This document shows positions 35,197 to 44,578 of a stretch of DNA of 56,988 bases, piece by piece. Within the stretch, counting starts at the first letter, position 1; each line of letters opens with the position of its first letter. This stretch comes from a virus. Lineage: Duplodnaviria; Caudoviricetes. The position numbers were made by a program, and so were the translations under genes. Under the pieces are notes generated by a model. The model saw only the letters and a list, made by a program, of their open reading frames with translations, was not told where the DNA came from and did no database searches. The stretch covers positions 1 through 56,988 of IMG/VR virus record IMGVR_UViG_3300009012_000001. One strand, 5' to 3'.

Positions 35197-36591
35197 TCAG
35201 CCCACGCGCCCGACCGGGCCGGCCGTCAGGAGGCGCCCCACGCGGCGGGCGAAGTTGTCGAACGTGTATTCGTCCCAGAACTGCGGCGCGTTGAAATTGA
35301 CCGTCAGCCCGGCCCCGCCCGCAGCGGACGCCCCGGCCAGCGGGCTGACCGTGACGCGTTCCGCGCCCGCTTCGCCGACCATTATCGGCGTCGGGCGCGT
35401 GGCGATAAACGACCCGCCTCGCTGCAGGAACAAAAACGGGAAGATACCGCCGAGGATGCCGGTGATGAACGACGCCGCCGCCTGCACGAGCGCGAGTTGT
35501 TCGATGGCCGCGTTCGCCGCCGCCACCCACAGTTGGCTGAAGAGGTCGGTCCCTTGCGTCGTCACCTTCAAGACGCCCGCCAACATCGTTTCCACGCCGG
35601 CCTGGATGCGCTGCTGTGCATCCAGCGCCGCGTCCGCCTGCGCGTTCTGCGATTCGACCCACGAGTTTTTCGCCATCAGCGCCGCGTCCGCCGCCGACAA
35701 CGCCTGCACGTCCGCCGCGTCGGATGCCGCGTTCTGTGTTTCCGTGTAGGTGTTCAGGGCCTGGATGCCGATGTCGAACAGGGCTTTCTCGCTGTCCACG
35801 CCGACCTGTTTCTGCTTGCGCGCGGCGTCCTCCGCCGCCTTGCCGATGGCCACCCAGCGGTCCGTCATGGCCTGCTGCCCGCGCAGCACCGGGACGCTGT
35901 TGATGAGCCACTGCTGCATTTCATGTTCCTGTGCGGCGGCGGCAGCAGCCCGATTTGCCGCTTCTTCGGCCAAACGGTCGCGCAGGTCCGCGCTGCGCGC
36001 CGCTTGTTCCGCCCAGAAGCGGTTCACCCCACGCATGACAAGTGCGAGGCGTTCCTGGGCAGACATCGTCAGGTCGAGCGCTTGGCCCGTGTTGACAATG
36101 GCTAATGCGTTTTGTTCCTGCGCCGTGGTGGTGTCTTTCAGGGCCTGTTGCGTCCGGCGGAGGTGTTCCTCATACGCTAAATAGGCGGCGACGACGCCGC
36201 CCACCGCGAGCAACGTCAACCCCATCGGGGACAGAATGGCGGCCGTCGCCGTATTCAAGGCAAGCGTCGCTGCCGTCACGGCTTTGGTAATCAATTCCTG
36301 GCTTTGCAGCACGCCGCGGTAGGCCGCGACCGCGCCGCGGGCCGTGGACACCGCGACGAATGCCGTTTCGAGGCTGTCCGCGAATTCCTTGCCGGCCGTC
36401 CCCCCGGTCATCCGCGCGATGCGCGCCATGTCGAACAACACGAAATTGAACGCCTGCGTGGCGACGCGGGCCTGGGTCAGGGTCTGCGACGAGGTCGACG
36501 CGAACCGCTGACTGGACTGCGCGACTTGGTTGAAGGACTGGATGGCTTCCGCCGCGCCGGTCGTGGTGAACCGGAGGGCTACGTCCGCCAT
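35197..36591 (-). CDS. Tape measure protein (short, 464 aa)
   Basis: Ala-rich helical protein with TM segments; C-terminal GGSFIATRPT..VGEAGAERV. Confidence 0.85.
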   Translation of the reverse strand: MADVALRFTTTGAAEAIQSFNQVAQSSQRFASTSSQTLTQARVATQAFNFVLFDMARIARMTGGTAGKEFADSLETAFVAVSTARGAVAAYRGVLQSQELITKAVTAATLALNTATAAILSPMGLTLLAVGGVVAAYLAYEEHLRRTQQALKDTTTAQEQNALAIVNTGQALDLTMSAQERLALVMRGVNRFWAEQAARSADLRDRLAEEAANRAAAAAAQEHEMQQWLINSVPVLRGQQAMTDRWVAIGKAAEDAARKQKQVGVDSEKALFDIGIQALNTYTETQNAASDAADVQALSAADAALMAKNSWVESQNAQADAALDAQQRIQAGVETMLAGVLKVTTQGTDLFSQLWVAAANAAIEQLALVQAAASFITGILGGIFPFLFLQRGGSFIATRPTPIMVGEAGAERVTVSPLAGASAAGGAGLTVNFNAPQFWDEYTFDNFARRVGRLLTAGPVGRVG

Positions 36592-36702
36592 CGCTCCGCA
36601 TCCTTGCGGATTTTCATCAGCAGGTAGTTGAGGTCCTCGGGCGTGTGCGCCCGCATGTCGTCGCGCGTCCAGCCATAGACGGATGCGAACACATGCAGGG
36701 CG

Positions 36703-36996
36703 TCAAGCCGGGACGACCGGAGCGGCGGCGGCCTGAAATTTGTTGATGGCCGCCGCGACGGCGCCGATATCGGCCTGTGTCATGGCGCGAACGTCGTCGC
36801 GCGTGACCTCCGGGTTCGCGGCGCGCAGGATGATATGCAGGTAGGTCCCGACCTGCTTGATGGTCATGCGCTGCCCGTCGAACGGGACGCCGGCGTCCTC
36901 CAAATCCTCCAGCGTCCCCTGCCGCAGCGGCAAGGCCTGACGCAGGTCCACGCGCTTGCCGTTGACGTCGAACACGATGTCGAACTCAGTGGCCAT
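36703..36996 (-). CDS. Tail assembly chaperone, with a probable +1/-2 frameshift extension to 36579
   Basis: Lies between tail tube and TMP; the downstream +1 frame encodes LHVFASVYGWTRDDMR.. Confidence 0.7.
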   Translation of the reverse strand: MATEFDIVFDVNGKRVDLRQALPLRQGTLEDLEDAGVPFDGQRMTIKQVGTYLHIILRAANPEVTRDDVRAMTQADIGAVAAAINKFQAAAAPVVPA

Positions 36997-36998
36997 GG

Positions 36999-37277
36999 TC
37001 AGGCGGCGGGCTTGGTGGCCTCGTAAACGCCCGTGCTGGCCAGCCCCGCGATGACGGCGGCGACGAATTGCGCGAACGCGGCCGCCACGCTCGTCGGCAC
37101 GGTCCGCAACACGTAATCGCCGACGAGGATGCCGACGATGTTGACGACGCCGGCCGCGATGGTCGGGCCGTGCGGGGTGTTCCCGATGAACGCGAGCGCT
37201 TTCAGTTTGTTCACCACCCAGGTGACGGCGGCGGCCTGTCCGAGCAGCCACACCGCGATTTGCCAGGGGATGTCCAT
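36999..37277 (-). CDS. Holin-like membrane protein inside the tail module
   Basis: IAVWLLGQ..VVNKLK..AAVIAGLASTGVYE matches 29854-30162. Confidence 0.65.
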   Translation of the reverse strand: MDIPWQIAVWLLGQAAAVTWVVNKLKALAFIGNTPHGPTIAAGVVNIVGILVGDYVLRTVPTSVAAAFAQFVAAVIAGLASTGVYEATKPAA

Positions 37278-37290
37278 GGGTGACGCCTCC

Positions 37291-38253
37291 TCAGAAGGAT
37301 GACTTCGGGAGCGTGGTGAGGTCAATCCAGTACGCGGTGGCCGAACTCACTAAGTACCGCGCCCGGCCTTCGAACGCCACCGTCAGCCGCTCGCGCCCTG
37401 GCATGCCCAAGGGGAACGCGGTGTAGACCACCCGTGGCCATTCGAACGTGAGGGCGAACGACGACGCCTTGAAGAACGACAGTTTGAACACCTGCTCAGT
37501 CTGCGACACAAAATTTGCATATTCGGTCTGGTTGTCGAACCCGATGGTGCCCGTGAGGCGCGCGGTCTGCGGGCCGCGGGCGCGCATGAACGCGACTTCC
37601 GCCGTATTGTTCAGCGCAGGGACGCCCTCGACCTGCCCGTCCAGCACGAACGTGAACGCCTCGATGTTCGCCACCGCCGCCCCGGCGATTTGTAGGCTCG
37701 CGCTGTCCCAGGTGAACGGGTCGGTGGGCGAGGCGGGGAACGTCGGCGCGCTTTTGGCGATGACACTGGTGGTCTTCGCCACGACGCCCAGCGTCAGGCG
37801 CAGGTCCTGGTTGGGCTGCACGGCGAATGTACCGCGTCCGAACTGCGCCCCGGCGTACCGCTGGGATGAGGTGACGTCCCGGAAAATTTCCAGCGTGTAG
37901 GACGGGAATGGCGCGCTCGTGCTGGCGTCTCCGGTCGGGGACAGGAACGTAAACTTGTGCAGGACCCCAGACAGGACAGCGGTGACCGACCCAGAGTTCG
38001 TCAGCCCGCGCAGGGCCTGGCGCAGGAATTCTGGGTGCCCCTGCGCGACGAGGTCGCCTTCCACGCGCCGCAAGCCGGCGGTGTCGTCCGGTTCGGCCCG
38101 GGTGCCGACGATGTTCTCCGTGTCGAAGCGGTCGATGGCCAGCGTGACGTTCTCCGACATCGCGTAGGCGAAGTCGCCGCTGGCCACGGCGACCGGCGTG
38201 CCCCAGGTCGTTTCCCTCGCAATCCCAACATGTCCAGCGGCCCCATAGGGCAT
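37291..38253 (-). CDS. Major tail tube protein
   Basis: GIARETTWGT, VEGDL, SYTLEI; position; no sheath gene. Confidence 0.85.
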   Translation of the reverse strand: MPYGAAGHVGIARETTWGTPVAVASGDFAYAMSENVTLAIDRFDTENIVGTRAEPDDTAGLRRVEGDLVAQGHPEFLRQALRGLTNSGSVTAVLSGVLHKFTFLSPTGDASTSAPFPSYTLEIFRDVTSSQRYAGAQFGRGTFAVQPNQDLRLTLGVVAKTTSVIAKSAPTFPASPTDPFTWDSASLQIAGAAVANIEAFTFVLDGQVEGVPALNNTAEVAFMRARGPQTARLTGTIGFDNQTEYANFVSQTEQVFKLSFFKASSFALTFEWPRVVYTAFPLGMPGRERLTVAFEGRARYLVSSATAYWIDLTTLPKSSF

Positions 38254-38266
38254 CGCAGTCTACCTC

Positions 38267-38713
38267 CTATGCCGTGGTCGCCCGCACGTCGGCGACGAGG
38301 TCGACCGTGCCGCCGCGCAGGGTGTCTTGGTCCGATTCCAGGAACGTGCCGCCCGCCAGCCACGATTCGGTGACGGTTTGGTTGAGCGACGAGTTCCCCA
38401 GCAACGCAACTTCCACATCGGCGAGCAGTTCGTCGCGCAACTGCGCGGCCTTGGCCATGCCGTCTAGGCTGAACTCCCAGCATTCCAGCGTGTAGGTCAC
38501 CAGGAACCGCGCCACGGTATGCGCCGCGATGGGCTGGATGGCGACGGGCAATTCACGGCGCGCTGGGCGGACGTTGACGAACGGGCATAGTTCCGGGCCG
38601 AGCGCGTTCCCTTCATCGACGACCACGCGGATGGCCCGCGCGGCCAAGGTCGGGTCGGCGAGCAGGATATTGGCGATGGCTTCGGCGACGGCGTGGTAGG
38701 CCACCCTACCCAC
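38267..38713 (-). CDS. Tail terminator-like protein
   Basis: Lies between the gpG-like gene and the tail tube. Confidence 0.65.
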   Translation of the reverse strand: MGRVAYHAVAEAIANILLADPTLAARAIRVVVDEGNALGPELCPFVNVRPARRELPVAIQPIAAHTVARFLVTYTLECWEFSLDGMAKAAQLRDELLADVEVALLGNSSLNQTVTESWLAGGTFLESDQDTLRGGTVDLVADVRATTA

Positions 38714-39296
38714 GGCGGCGGACCACCTCGTCGACGTACGCCTGCAGCGTGTCTTCGGCCAGTTGCCGCGCGAGTGGTTCAGACGGTAGCATCGGCCGCG
38801 CGGGAATGCCGGGGTGGTGGACTTCCCGCGCGAACGCATAGAACCCGCGCCGCGCCTTACGTGGTTTCCCACGGCCTGCGCCCTGCGGGGCGGCCGTGAT
38901 GAACCGCAAGAACTTCCGGGCCTTCGGCCGGATGACATACGGCCGCGTCCCGAACTGGTGGAAGACGGCCTTCTGGTCGTTGGTCCCGACCGTGACGTCG
39001 TTCACGCCGAGCGCGTAGGCCGAATCGGGCGCCCCCGGGACGAACGATTGTGCCATGCGGCCCGTGTCGCGCAGGGGCTGCGCCGTCCCGGCCCCGCGGC
39101 CTTTGCGACGCGCGGCAACGGTGTTGGGCGACAGCGGCGCCCAGGGGCGTTCCAGGCCGCCTGCGCGGAAGTTCTGGTCTATCCACGCGACGACCCGCTG
39201 TCCGACCAAGTCCATCATCACGCGGCCGTCCACGGCGGCCCCCAGGGCGGTCAGGCGGCGCACGGCGTCGGCAGCATCAACGTGGACCTCTATCAT
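38706..39296 (-). CDS. Mu gpG-like virion morphogenesis protein
   Basis: WAPLSPNT, LRDTG, VGTN..HQFG, IPARPML. Confidence 0.88.
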   Translation of the reverse strand: MIEVHVDAADAVRRLTALGAAVDGRVMMDLVGQRVVAWIDQNFRAGGLERPWAPLSPNTVAARRKGRGAGTAQPLRDTGRMAQSFVPGAPDSAYALGVNDVTVGTNDQKAVFHQFGTRPYVIRPKARKFLRFITAAPQGAGRGKPRKARRGFYAFAREVHHPGIPARPMLPSEPLARQLAEDTLQAYVDEVVRRRG

Positions 39297-39817
39297 CGGT
39301 TGTCCAGCAGCCGACTCTTGGTCGTGATGTCGCGTTTGTCCAGTTCATCCGTGACCTTGTTCGGGTCCTGGACCTGCCACGTGCTTGGGCCTTCGTGGAA
39401 CGTCGGCGTATAGTTCATGGTCGTGCTGAAAATGTCCGCGATGTCCGTGCGGCCGCCGATGACCGCGCCGCTGCTGGTCACTAGCGGGATGAGCCCGCTG
39501 GCGATGGCGGCGATTTCCTCGTCGACCGTCCGGTATTGGTCCAGCAGTTCCGTGAGGCGCGGCCCCGGCAGCGGGATGAGCCGCCGCGACAGCAGCAACA
39601 GCAGGGCCTTCGTGGTCGCGACGGTGGTGAGGTACGGCACGTCTGACGTGAACGGGATGTTGTAGGCCCGGCTGATGCGCGCGTTGATGTCGGCTTCCGC
39701 CATGCCGGCGAAGTTCGCGATGGACGCCGACGTCAGCGTGGACGCGGAACCAATGTCGGGGAGAGTAAGCATCATAAGCGAAACGCTCGAATAACTCACT
39801 GGCAACGTCGGAGGCAT
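39293..39817 (-). CDS. Head-tail adaptor (Mu gp36-like)
   Basis: AEADINARI..YNIPF..VP, IASGLIPL; position. Confidence 0.7.
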   Translation of the reverse strand: MPPTLPVSYSSVSLMMLTLPDIGSASTLTSASIANFAGMAEADINARISRAYNIPFTSDVPYLTTVATTKALLLLLSRRLIPLPGPRLTELLDQYRTVDEEIAAIASGLIPLVTSSGAVIGGRTDIADIFSTTMNYTPTFHEGPSTWQVQDPNKVTDELDKRDITTKSRLLDNR

Positions 39818-39818
39818 G

Positions 39819-40751
39819 TCAGCCCGTCACTCCCTCTCGCACGAGGCCGACTTGTTCGGCGACCAATTCCGTGAACCCGACCAATGGATGCCATCCCGTC
39901 GCGGTCATAAACTTCCGCGGGGCGGCGACTAACGCGGGCGGGTCGTTCGGCCTGGCCAGCGCTGGGTCCGTCCTGACCTTCGCCACGTCGACGCCGAGCA
40001 GGCCGCACGCCGTCCGCACGACGTCCCAGACACGGCGACCGTCACTAGAACCGATGACCCAGTCGTCTGGCGGCTGCAGCAACGCCACACGCATGGCGCG
40101 GACCATGTCGTCCGCATGGCACCAATCCCGGACGATTTCCTGGTCACCCAGGACCAATTCGTCCACCCGCCCGTCCTTGATGGCCCGCACGCCCGCGCAG
40201 ACCTTGTAGAACACGCCGTACCGCTTGCGTGGCGATTCGTGCTGGTACAGGATGCCGCAGGTCACGGGCAGTCCGTACTGCAGGCGGTACATCCGCGCCA
40301 GATGGTAAGCGGCGAGTTTGCTGCCATCGTAGGGCGTCAGCGGATGCATCGGCGTACCTTCGTGCTGTGGGGCGGGCGCGAGCCCAAACATGCCGCTGCT
40401 CGCCGCGACGAAGACCTTCGGCGGTTTGGGCATCGTCCGCGCCGCCTCCAGCACGGCCAGTGTCCCGCCGACATTGACGTGGTGGTAACGCCACGGCGCG
40501 TCCCAACTGTCCGTGACGAGGTTGAGCGCGGCGAGGTGGTAGACTTCGTCGGGGGCGCGTTCCCCGAGGAGTTGGCGTACCAGCCACGCGTCCGTCACGT
40601 CACCCTTCGTCACGAACCCAGCCGACGGGGCGGCGTCCCGCAGCGACGGCGTCGCCGCGTCCATGCCGGATACCTCGTAGCCCATCCCGGCCAAATGCCG
40701 CGCCAGATACCACCCGTCCTGTCCCGCGATGCCCGTGATGAAGGCTTTCAT
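39819..40751 (-). CDS. GDP-mannose 4,6-dehydratase-like SDR
   Basis: AFITGIAGQDGWYLA, PDEVYHLAA, PYDGSK, GILYQHESP, RDWCHA; ASSGMFG lacks the usual Glu. Confidence 0.85.
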   Translation of the reverse strand: MKAFITGIAGQDGWYLARHLAGMGYEVSGMDAATPSLRDAAPSAGFVTKGDVTDAWLVRQLLGERAPDEVYHLAALNLVTDSWDAPWRYHHVNVGGTLAVLEAARTMPKPPKVFVAASSGMFGLAPAPQHEGTPMHPLTPYDGSKLAAYHLARMYRLQYGLPVTCGILYQHESPRKRYGVFYKVCAGVRAIKDGRVDELVLGDQEIVRDWCHADDMVRAMRVALLQPPDDWVIGSSDGRRVWDVVRTACGLLGVDVAKVRTDPALARPNDPPALVAAPRKFMTATGWHPLVGFTELVAEQVGLVREGVTG

Positions 40752-41506
40752 GCTGGCAGAATCACCGCCCCCAAGAATTCCTCGCCTTTCCCGATATATT
40801 GGCATCGTTCGACGCGGCCGAACCCCTCGACCCGCAGGGCGAGTTTGGCTGGCGAGTACCAATCGGCAAAGTCCCCGACCTCGTCGCAGGCGCGCACAAA
40901 CCGCTGGAATGCCGTGTGCGTGCTGATGTCCATGTCAATCGGCGGTAGGGGGATGCCCAGCGCCGTCCAGCGTCGGTCGGAATACACGAGGATGCGGGCC
41001 TCCTCACACCAGCCCAACGCCTCGCGGAGAATGTCCCGTATCTGCGGCGTGTGGTGAAGCGTCCCGGACGAATAGAAAATTTCCATGTCGGACCATGTCG
41101 GTGTTCCGTCCATCATCACCGACGCCTTGCAATTCGCGTAGCCGTGGAGTTCCAATACGCGGATGGCCAGCGCAACGTTGTCCGGCACGATGTCGGTGAC
41201 CATGACGTCGTTCCCCGCCCGCGCGAACTGCAGGGCCTCCAGCCCGACGCCGCACCCGAAATCCAGGATGCGTTTGCCGTGCGTCGTGTCCAGCCCGAAG
41301 AACTCGCGCCATCCGTTGTGCCAGTTGCGCCAGCCGTTGACGTCGTAGCGGGTCCGTTCCATCTGCGCGATGGTGGCCCGCAGGTGGTCGTCGGACCACT
41401 GGAGCATGTGCGCCGAGGAGATGTAGCCCACGTCGTCCACGGGCGGGCGCGCCCATTCCGCCTTGGCCCGCACGGCGTCATAGCCCACGGTCGTAACGCC
41501 ATTCAT
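40748..41506 (-). CDS. Class I SAM-dependent methyltransferase
   Basis: ILDFGCGVG, TDIV, YSSGTLHH. Confidence 0.8.
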   Translation of the reverse strand: MNGVTTVGYDAVRAKAEWARPPVDDVGYISSAHMLQWSDDHLRATIAQMERTRYDVNGWRNWHNGWREFFGLDTTHGKRILDFGCGVGLEALQFARAGNDVMVTDIVPDNVALAIRVLELHGYANCKASVMMDGTPTWSDMEIFYSSGTLHHTPQIRDILREALGWCEEARILVYSDRRWTALGIPLPPIDMDISTHTAFQRFVRACDEVGDFADWYSPAKLALRVEGFGRVERCQYIGKGEEFLGAVILPA

Positions 41507-41647
41507 TCATGGCGGCGCGCCACCACGCCGTGGCCCACCCGTCTTCTACCACGGATTCTTGCGACACCACCAACCCTTCGAACAAAAACGCCTGCATGTC
41601 GGGCATCCACATTGGCGTCCCCAGTTGTTGCGACCACGCGTACAGGT

Positions 41648-42064
41648 TCATCGGAACACGCCATCAATCGCGTGCGGGCTGTAGGGCGGGTCCCAATGCT
41701 GGGTCGGGAAATGTGCCGCATCGTCGCGTTCGTCCACGGCGAGCATCCACAGCGCGCCGACGTAGCCCAGCCAACTCTCGAAGGCCTGCCGTCGGTCCGC
41801 GACGGGCCGCCGCGGGTCATAGCATTTCGCGCGGTGGACGCGCAGATACCACAGCGCCAGCACGTGCGACAGCACGGCGGCCAGCCGCATGTTCCCGTCA
41901 TACCGCCCGTGTGTGGGAAACGTGCGGATGACTTCCCGCATGACCTGCACGAGCCACTTGTCTTCCCGCGTCCGGTCGTGGCGCGGGTCGGGGGAGGGCC
42001 GCGATGCCCGCTTGATTTCTTGCTGCACGAACGCGACCCACCAGACCGGGGAATGCCCCGTCAT
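41648..42064 (-). CDS. Hypothetical protein in the sugar cluster
   Basis: Fills the gap in the operon; start uncertain. Confidence 0.5.
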   Translation of the reverse strand: MTGHSPVWWVAFVQQEIKRASRPSPDPRHDRTREDKWLVQVMREVIRTFPTHGRYDGNMRLAAVLSHVLALWYLRVHRAKCYDPRRPVADRRQAFESWLGYVGALWMLAVDERDDAAHFPTQHWDPPYSPHAIDGVFR

Positions 42065-42086
42065 CCGGTGAATCCACTGCGCCGCC

Positions 42087-43271
42087 TCATTGGACGTGCG
42101 GCTGCGGGAGCGGGACAATCCACCGCCCCCGGTAGTCTGGTTCGCGCGCCTGGAACGCTTCAATGAAGTGGAACGGCAGGCAGAACAACCACGCCGGCTT
42201 CCGCCGCCGCATCTCCTCCTCGCTGATAATGGGGATTCCGCTTCCGACGGTCCGTTTCCCCCATTTGTCGGGGTTGCGGTCGGCGATGTACGGAACGAGG
42301 TCGGGCCCGATGCCGTACGCCTGCAGGATGGTGTTCCCCCGCGTGCTGGCGCCGTAGCCCGCGATGGTTTCCCCGGCGGCCGCACGGCTGCGCAGCATCT
42401 GCAGCGTCGTCTTCTTGTTCCACGCCACGCGCCGCGCGAACGCGGGCCAGTCGGCTGCGACGGGGTCCGTGCTGATGCCGCCGCGCCCATGCGTGATGAA
42501 GCAGCGGAACGACCCGCCGTTGACGTCGTTGAACTGCACTTTCGCGATGTGCAGGGCGTGTTTTTCCACCAGTGCCGCGAAGGACTGCACGTCGTAATAG
42601 CACAGGTGTTCGTGGCTGACGTTGCCCACGTCGTTGGTGCGGACCATGGCGGGCGCGTAGGCCATCTGCACCACGAAAACGCCGTCGGTGGCGAGGCACG
42701 CCTTGACCGCGCGCAGGAACGCGTTCGGGTCGTCCAGGTCGTAGAACATGGCGACGGCGAAAACGGCCTTCGCTTTACCGTAGGTGCTGACGAACGACCC
42801 GACGCCACGCGCGGGCGGGAAGAAGTCGCAGACGATGGTGTTCCCGCCGTCTTCCGCCGCCGTCCGCAGGTTGGTGGCTGGGTCGAATCCGATGCGCCGT
42901 GCCTGCGGCGGGAGCATCCGCAGCAGCGTCCCGTCGTTGCTGCCGATGTCCACGACCACGTCGCCCGCTCGCAGGTCCACCATCCGGCCCGCGTCGTCCA
43001 CCACGTCGCGCAGGGCGCGGACCATCTGTTCGTTCGTGCCGCTGCGATACCAGTAGCCGCGTTCGTAATGCCACGCCTGGGGCACGGTGTGCGTCAGTTG
43101 CACCAGCCCACACCCGTCGCAGCGCACCAGGGCGAGCGGCGCGCGGTGCCCGTCCTGGTCCGCGTCGACGAACGTGCTGACGTAGTGCTCGCCCAGGCGC
43201 AGGACGTCAATGAGCCGCGGGCTGCCGCAGGCGCGGCACGCCCGGATTTCTCTGACCGAGTCGATGGACGT
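42087..43271 (-). CDS. NDP-sugar C3-methyltransferase (Zn-finger + SAM + C-terminal domain); non-canonical start
   Basis: CRACGS..CDGCGLVQL, YWYRSG, DIGSNDGTLL, HEHLCYY, NGGSFR, GYGASTRGNT. Confidence 0.88.
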   Translation of the reverse strand, partial: TSIDSVREIRACRACGSPRLIDVLRLGEHYVSTFVDADQDGHRAPLALVRCDGCGLVQLTHTVPQAWHYERGYWYRSGTNEQMVRALRDVVDDAGRMVDLRAGDVVVDIGSNDGTLLRMLPPQARRIGFDPATNLRTAAEDGGNTIVCDFFPPARGVGSFVSTYGKAKAVFAVAMFYDLDDPNAFLRAVKACLATDGVFVVQMAYAPAMVRTNDVGNVSHEHLCYYDVQSFAALVEKHALHIAKVQFNDVNGGSFRCFITHGRGGISTDPVAADWPAFARRVAWNKKTTLQMLRSRAAAGETIAGYGASTRGNTILQAYGIGPDLVPYIADRNPDKWGKRTVGSGIPIISEEEMRRRKPAWLFCLPFHFIEAFQAREPDYRGRWIVPLPQPHVQ

Positions 43272-44397
43272 CTACCCCTTCCTGGTCCGGCACGATGCGC
43301 CAGGGGTCGTACACCACCGACCCTGGGGCGAACGGCGTGGTCTGCCACCGTCGGTCGTTCGTGCCGATGAGGACGACGGCGGGGCCCAACGGCGTGGCGT
43401 CGTCGAACGTAGCGACGTCCTCGCCGCGGTCTTCGAGGATGGTCTTGACCAGCAGCGCGTGGCTGCCCGTCGTGATGTCCGTGCCCGCCTTGTACGCCAC
43501 CCCGCAGATGGCCTTCGGCAGGTCGTGCGCGCACATCAGGTCGGCCAGCCATTCCGCCTGCCGTTCCCGCGCGAGCATCACGGCCTCGAACAGGTCGTAG
43601 GACAGGCCCGCCTGGCGCGCCAGATGTGACAGGGCGATGTTGTCGCGGGGGTGGCAACCCCCGCCGTCGCCCATGCCGGCGGACAGGTAGGCGGGGCTCG
43701 TGAGCCGTTTGTTGGCCATCCGGAGCGCGCCGAGCACGGCGTCCACGTCGCAGCCCGTCTTGTGGCACAGTTCCAACATCGTGTTGGCGAACGCGAGTTT
43801 GAGGCCGATGAACGTATTGTAAGCGACCTTCGTCAATTCGGCGTCGCGCACCGACATTTTGATGATGGGCGCCTCCACGGTCTGGCGGTAGAACGATTCG
43901 GCCACCCATTCCGCCTTCAGGCTGTCGCAGCCGAGCAACACGAATTCCGGATGGAGGTAGTCGCGTTCCACCGTGCCCATGGCGATGAACGACGGGTTGT
44001 AGACGTACGGCACGCCGCCCAACACCGGCTTCAGGTCGCGGTCCGACGTCCCCGGCAGGACGGTGCTGACGACCGCGACGCAGGTGTCCGACCCGGGCCG
44101 GACGTGCTCGACGAGCCGTGCTACCGCGTGCCGGAGGTGGCCGTAAAAGAAGTCCGCTCGGTCGGCGGGCAGGCGCGTCACGCCCTCATATTCCGGGCCG
44201 TGCGGCGTCTGCACCGCGACGAACACCAACTCCTGCCGGGCCACGTCGGCGAGGGCGCCCGTGGCCAGCCCGGCCGCGCGCGCGGCGTCCATGCGGTCCT
44301 GGGCCAGGTCGTGCCCGACCACGGCGTGGCCCTTGCCCCGCACGGCCAACGCCACGGGCAGGCCGAGTTTCCCGAGCCCGACGAACCCGACGTTCAC
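43207..44397 (-). CDS. UDP-glucose/GDP-mannose 6-dehydrogenase family protein
   Basis: GFVGLGKLG, VQTP, STVLPGT, AELTKVAYN, catalytic GGGCHPRD. Confidence 0.92.
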   Translation of the reverse strand: MNVGFVGLGKLGLPVALAVRGKGHAVVGHDLAQDRMDAARAAGLATGALADVARQELVFVAVQTPHGPEYEGVTRLPADRADFFYGHLRHAVARLVEHVRPGSDTCVAVVSTVLPGTSDRDLKPVLGGVPYVYNPSFIAMGTVERDYLHPEFVLLGCDSLKAEWVAESFYRQTVEAPIIKMSVRDAELTKVAYNTFIGLKLAFANTMLELCHKTGCDVDAVLGALRMANKRLTSPAYLSAGMGDGGGCHPRDNIALSHLARQAGLSYDLFEAVMLARERQAEWLADLMCAHDLPKAICGVAYKAGTDITTGSHALLVKTILEDRGEDVATFDDATPLGPAVVLIGTNDRRWQTTPFAPGSVVYDPWRIVPDQEGVDVHRLGQRNPGVPRLRQPAAH

Positions 44398-44406
44398 CGA
44401 ATCCCC

Positions 44407-44435
44407 TTGACGGCAGGGTGGTATCTTGGTATAAT
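44407..44435 (+). promoter_or_regulatory. Consensus promoter opposing the late operon
   Basis: TTGACG-N17-TATAAT with TG extension. Confidence 0.75.
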
Positions 44436-44440
44436 GCTAC

Positions 44441-44570
44441 CTGGATGGGGCGGCGCGGACGGCGGGACGCGCGAAACCGTCACAGGGAAGCCCGCCATGC
44501 GAACCACAAGCGCGTAGCCAGGCCGGGGCACAACCCGGTCACGAGTGGAAACCAACGCCGCCCCGCCCGG
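44441..44570 (+). ncRNA. Putative structured small RNA of unknown class
   Basis: Begins at the predicted TSS; closing helix GGGGCGGCG/CGCCGCCCC; internal hairpins. Confidence 0.55.
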
Positions 44571-44578
44571 CCGTAATT

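Noticed and set aside
44441-44570. SRP RNA, tmRNA or hammerhead identity for the orphan RNA
   Set aside because: No SRP GGAA-loop motif, too short for tmRNA, and no CUGANGA core
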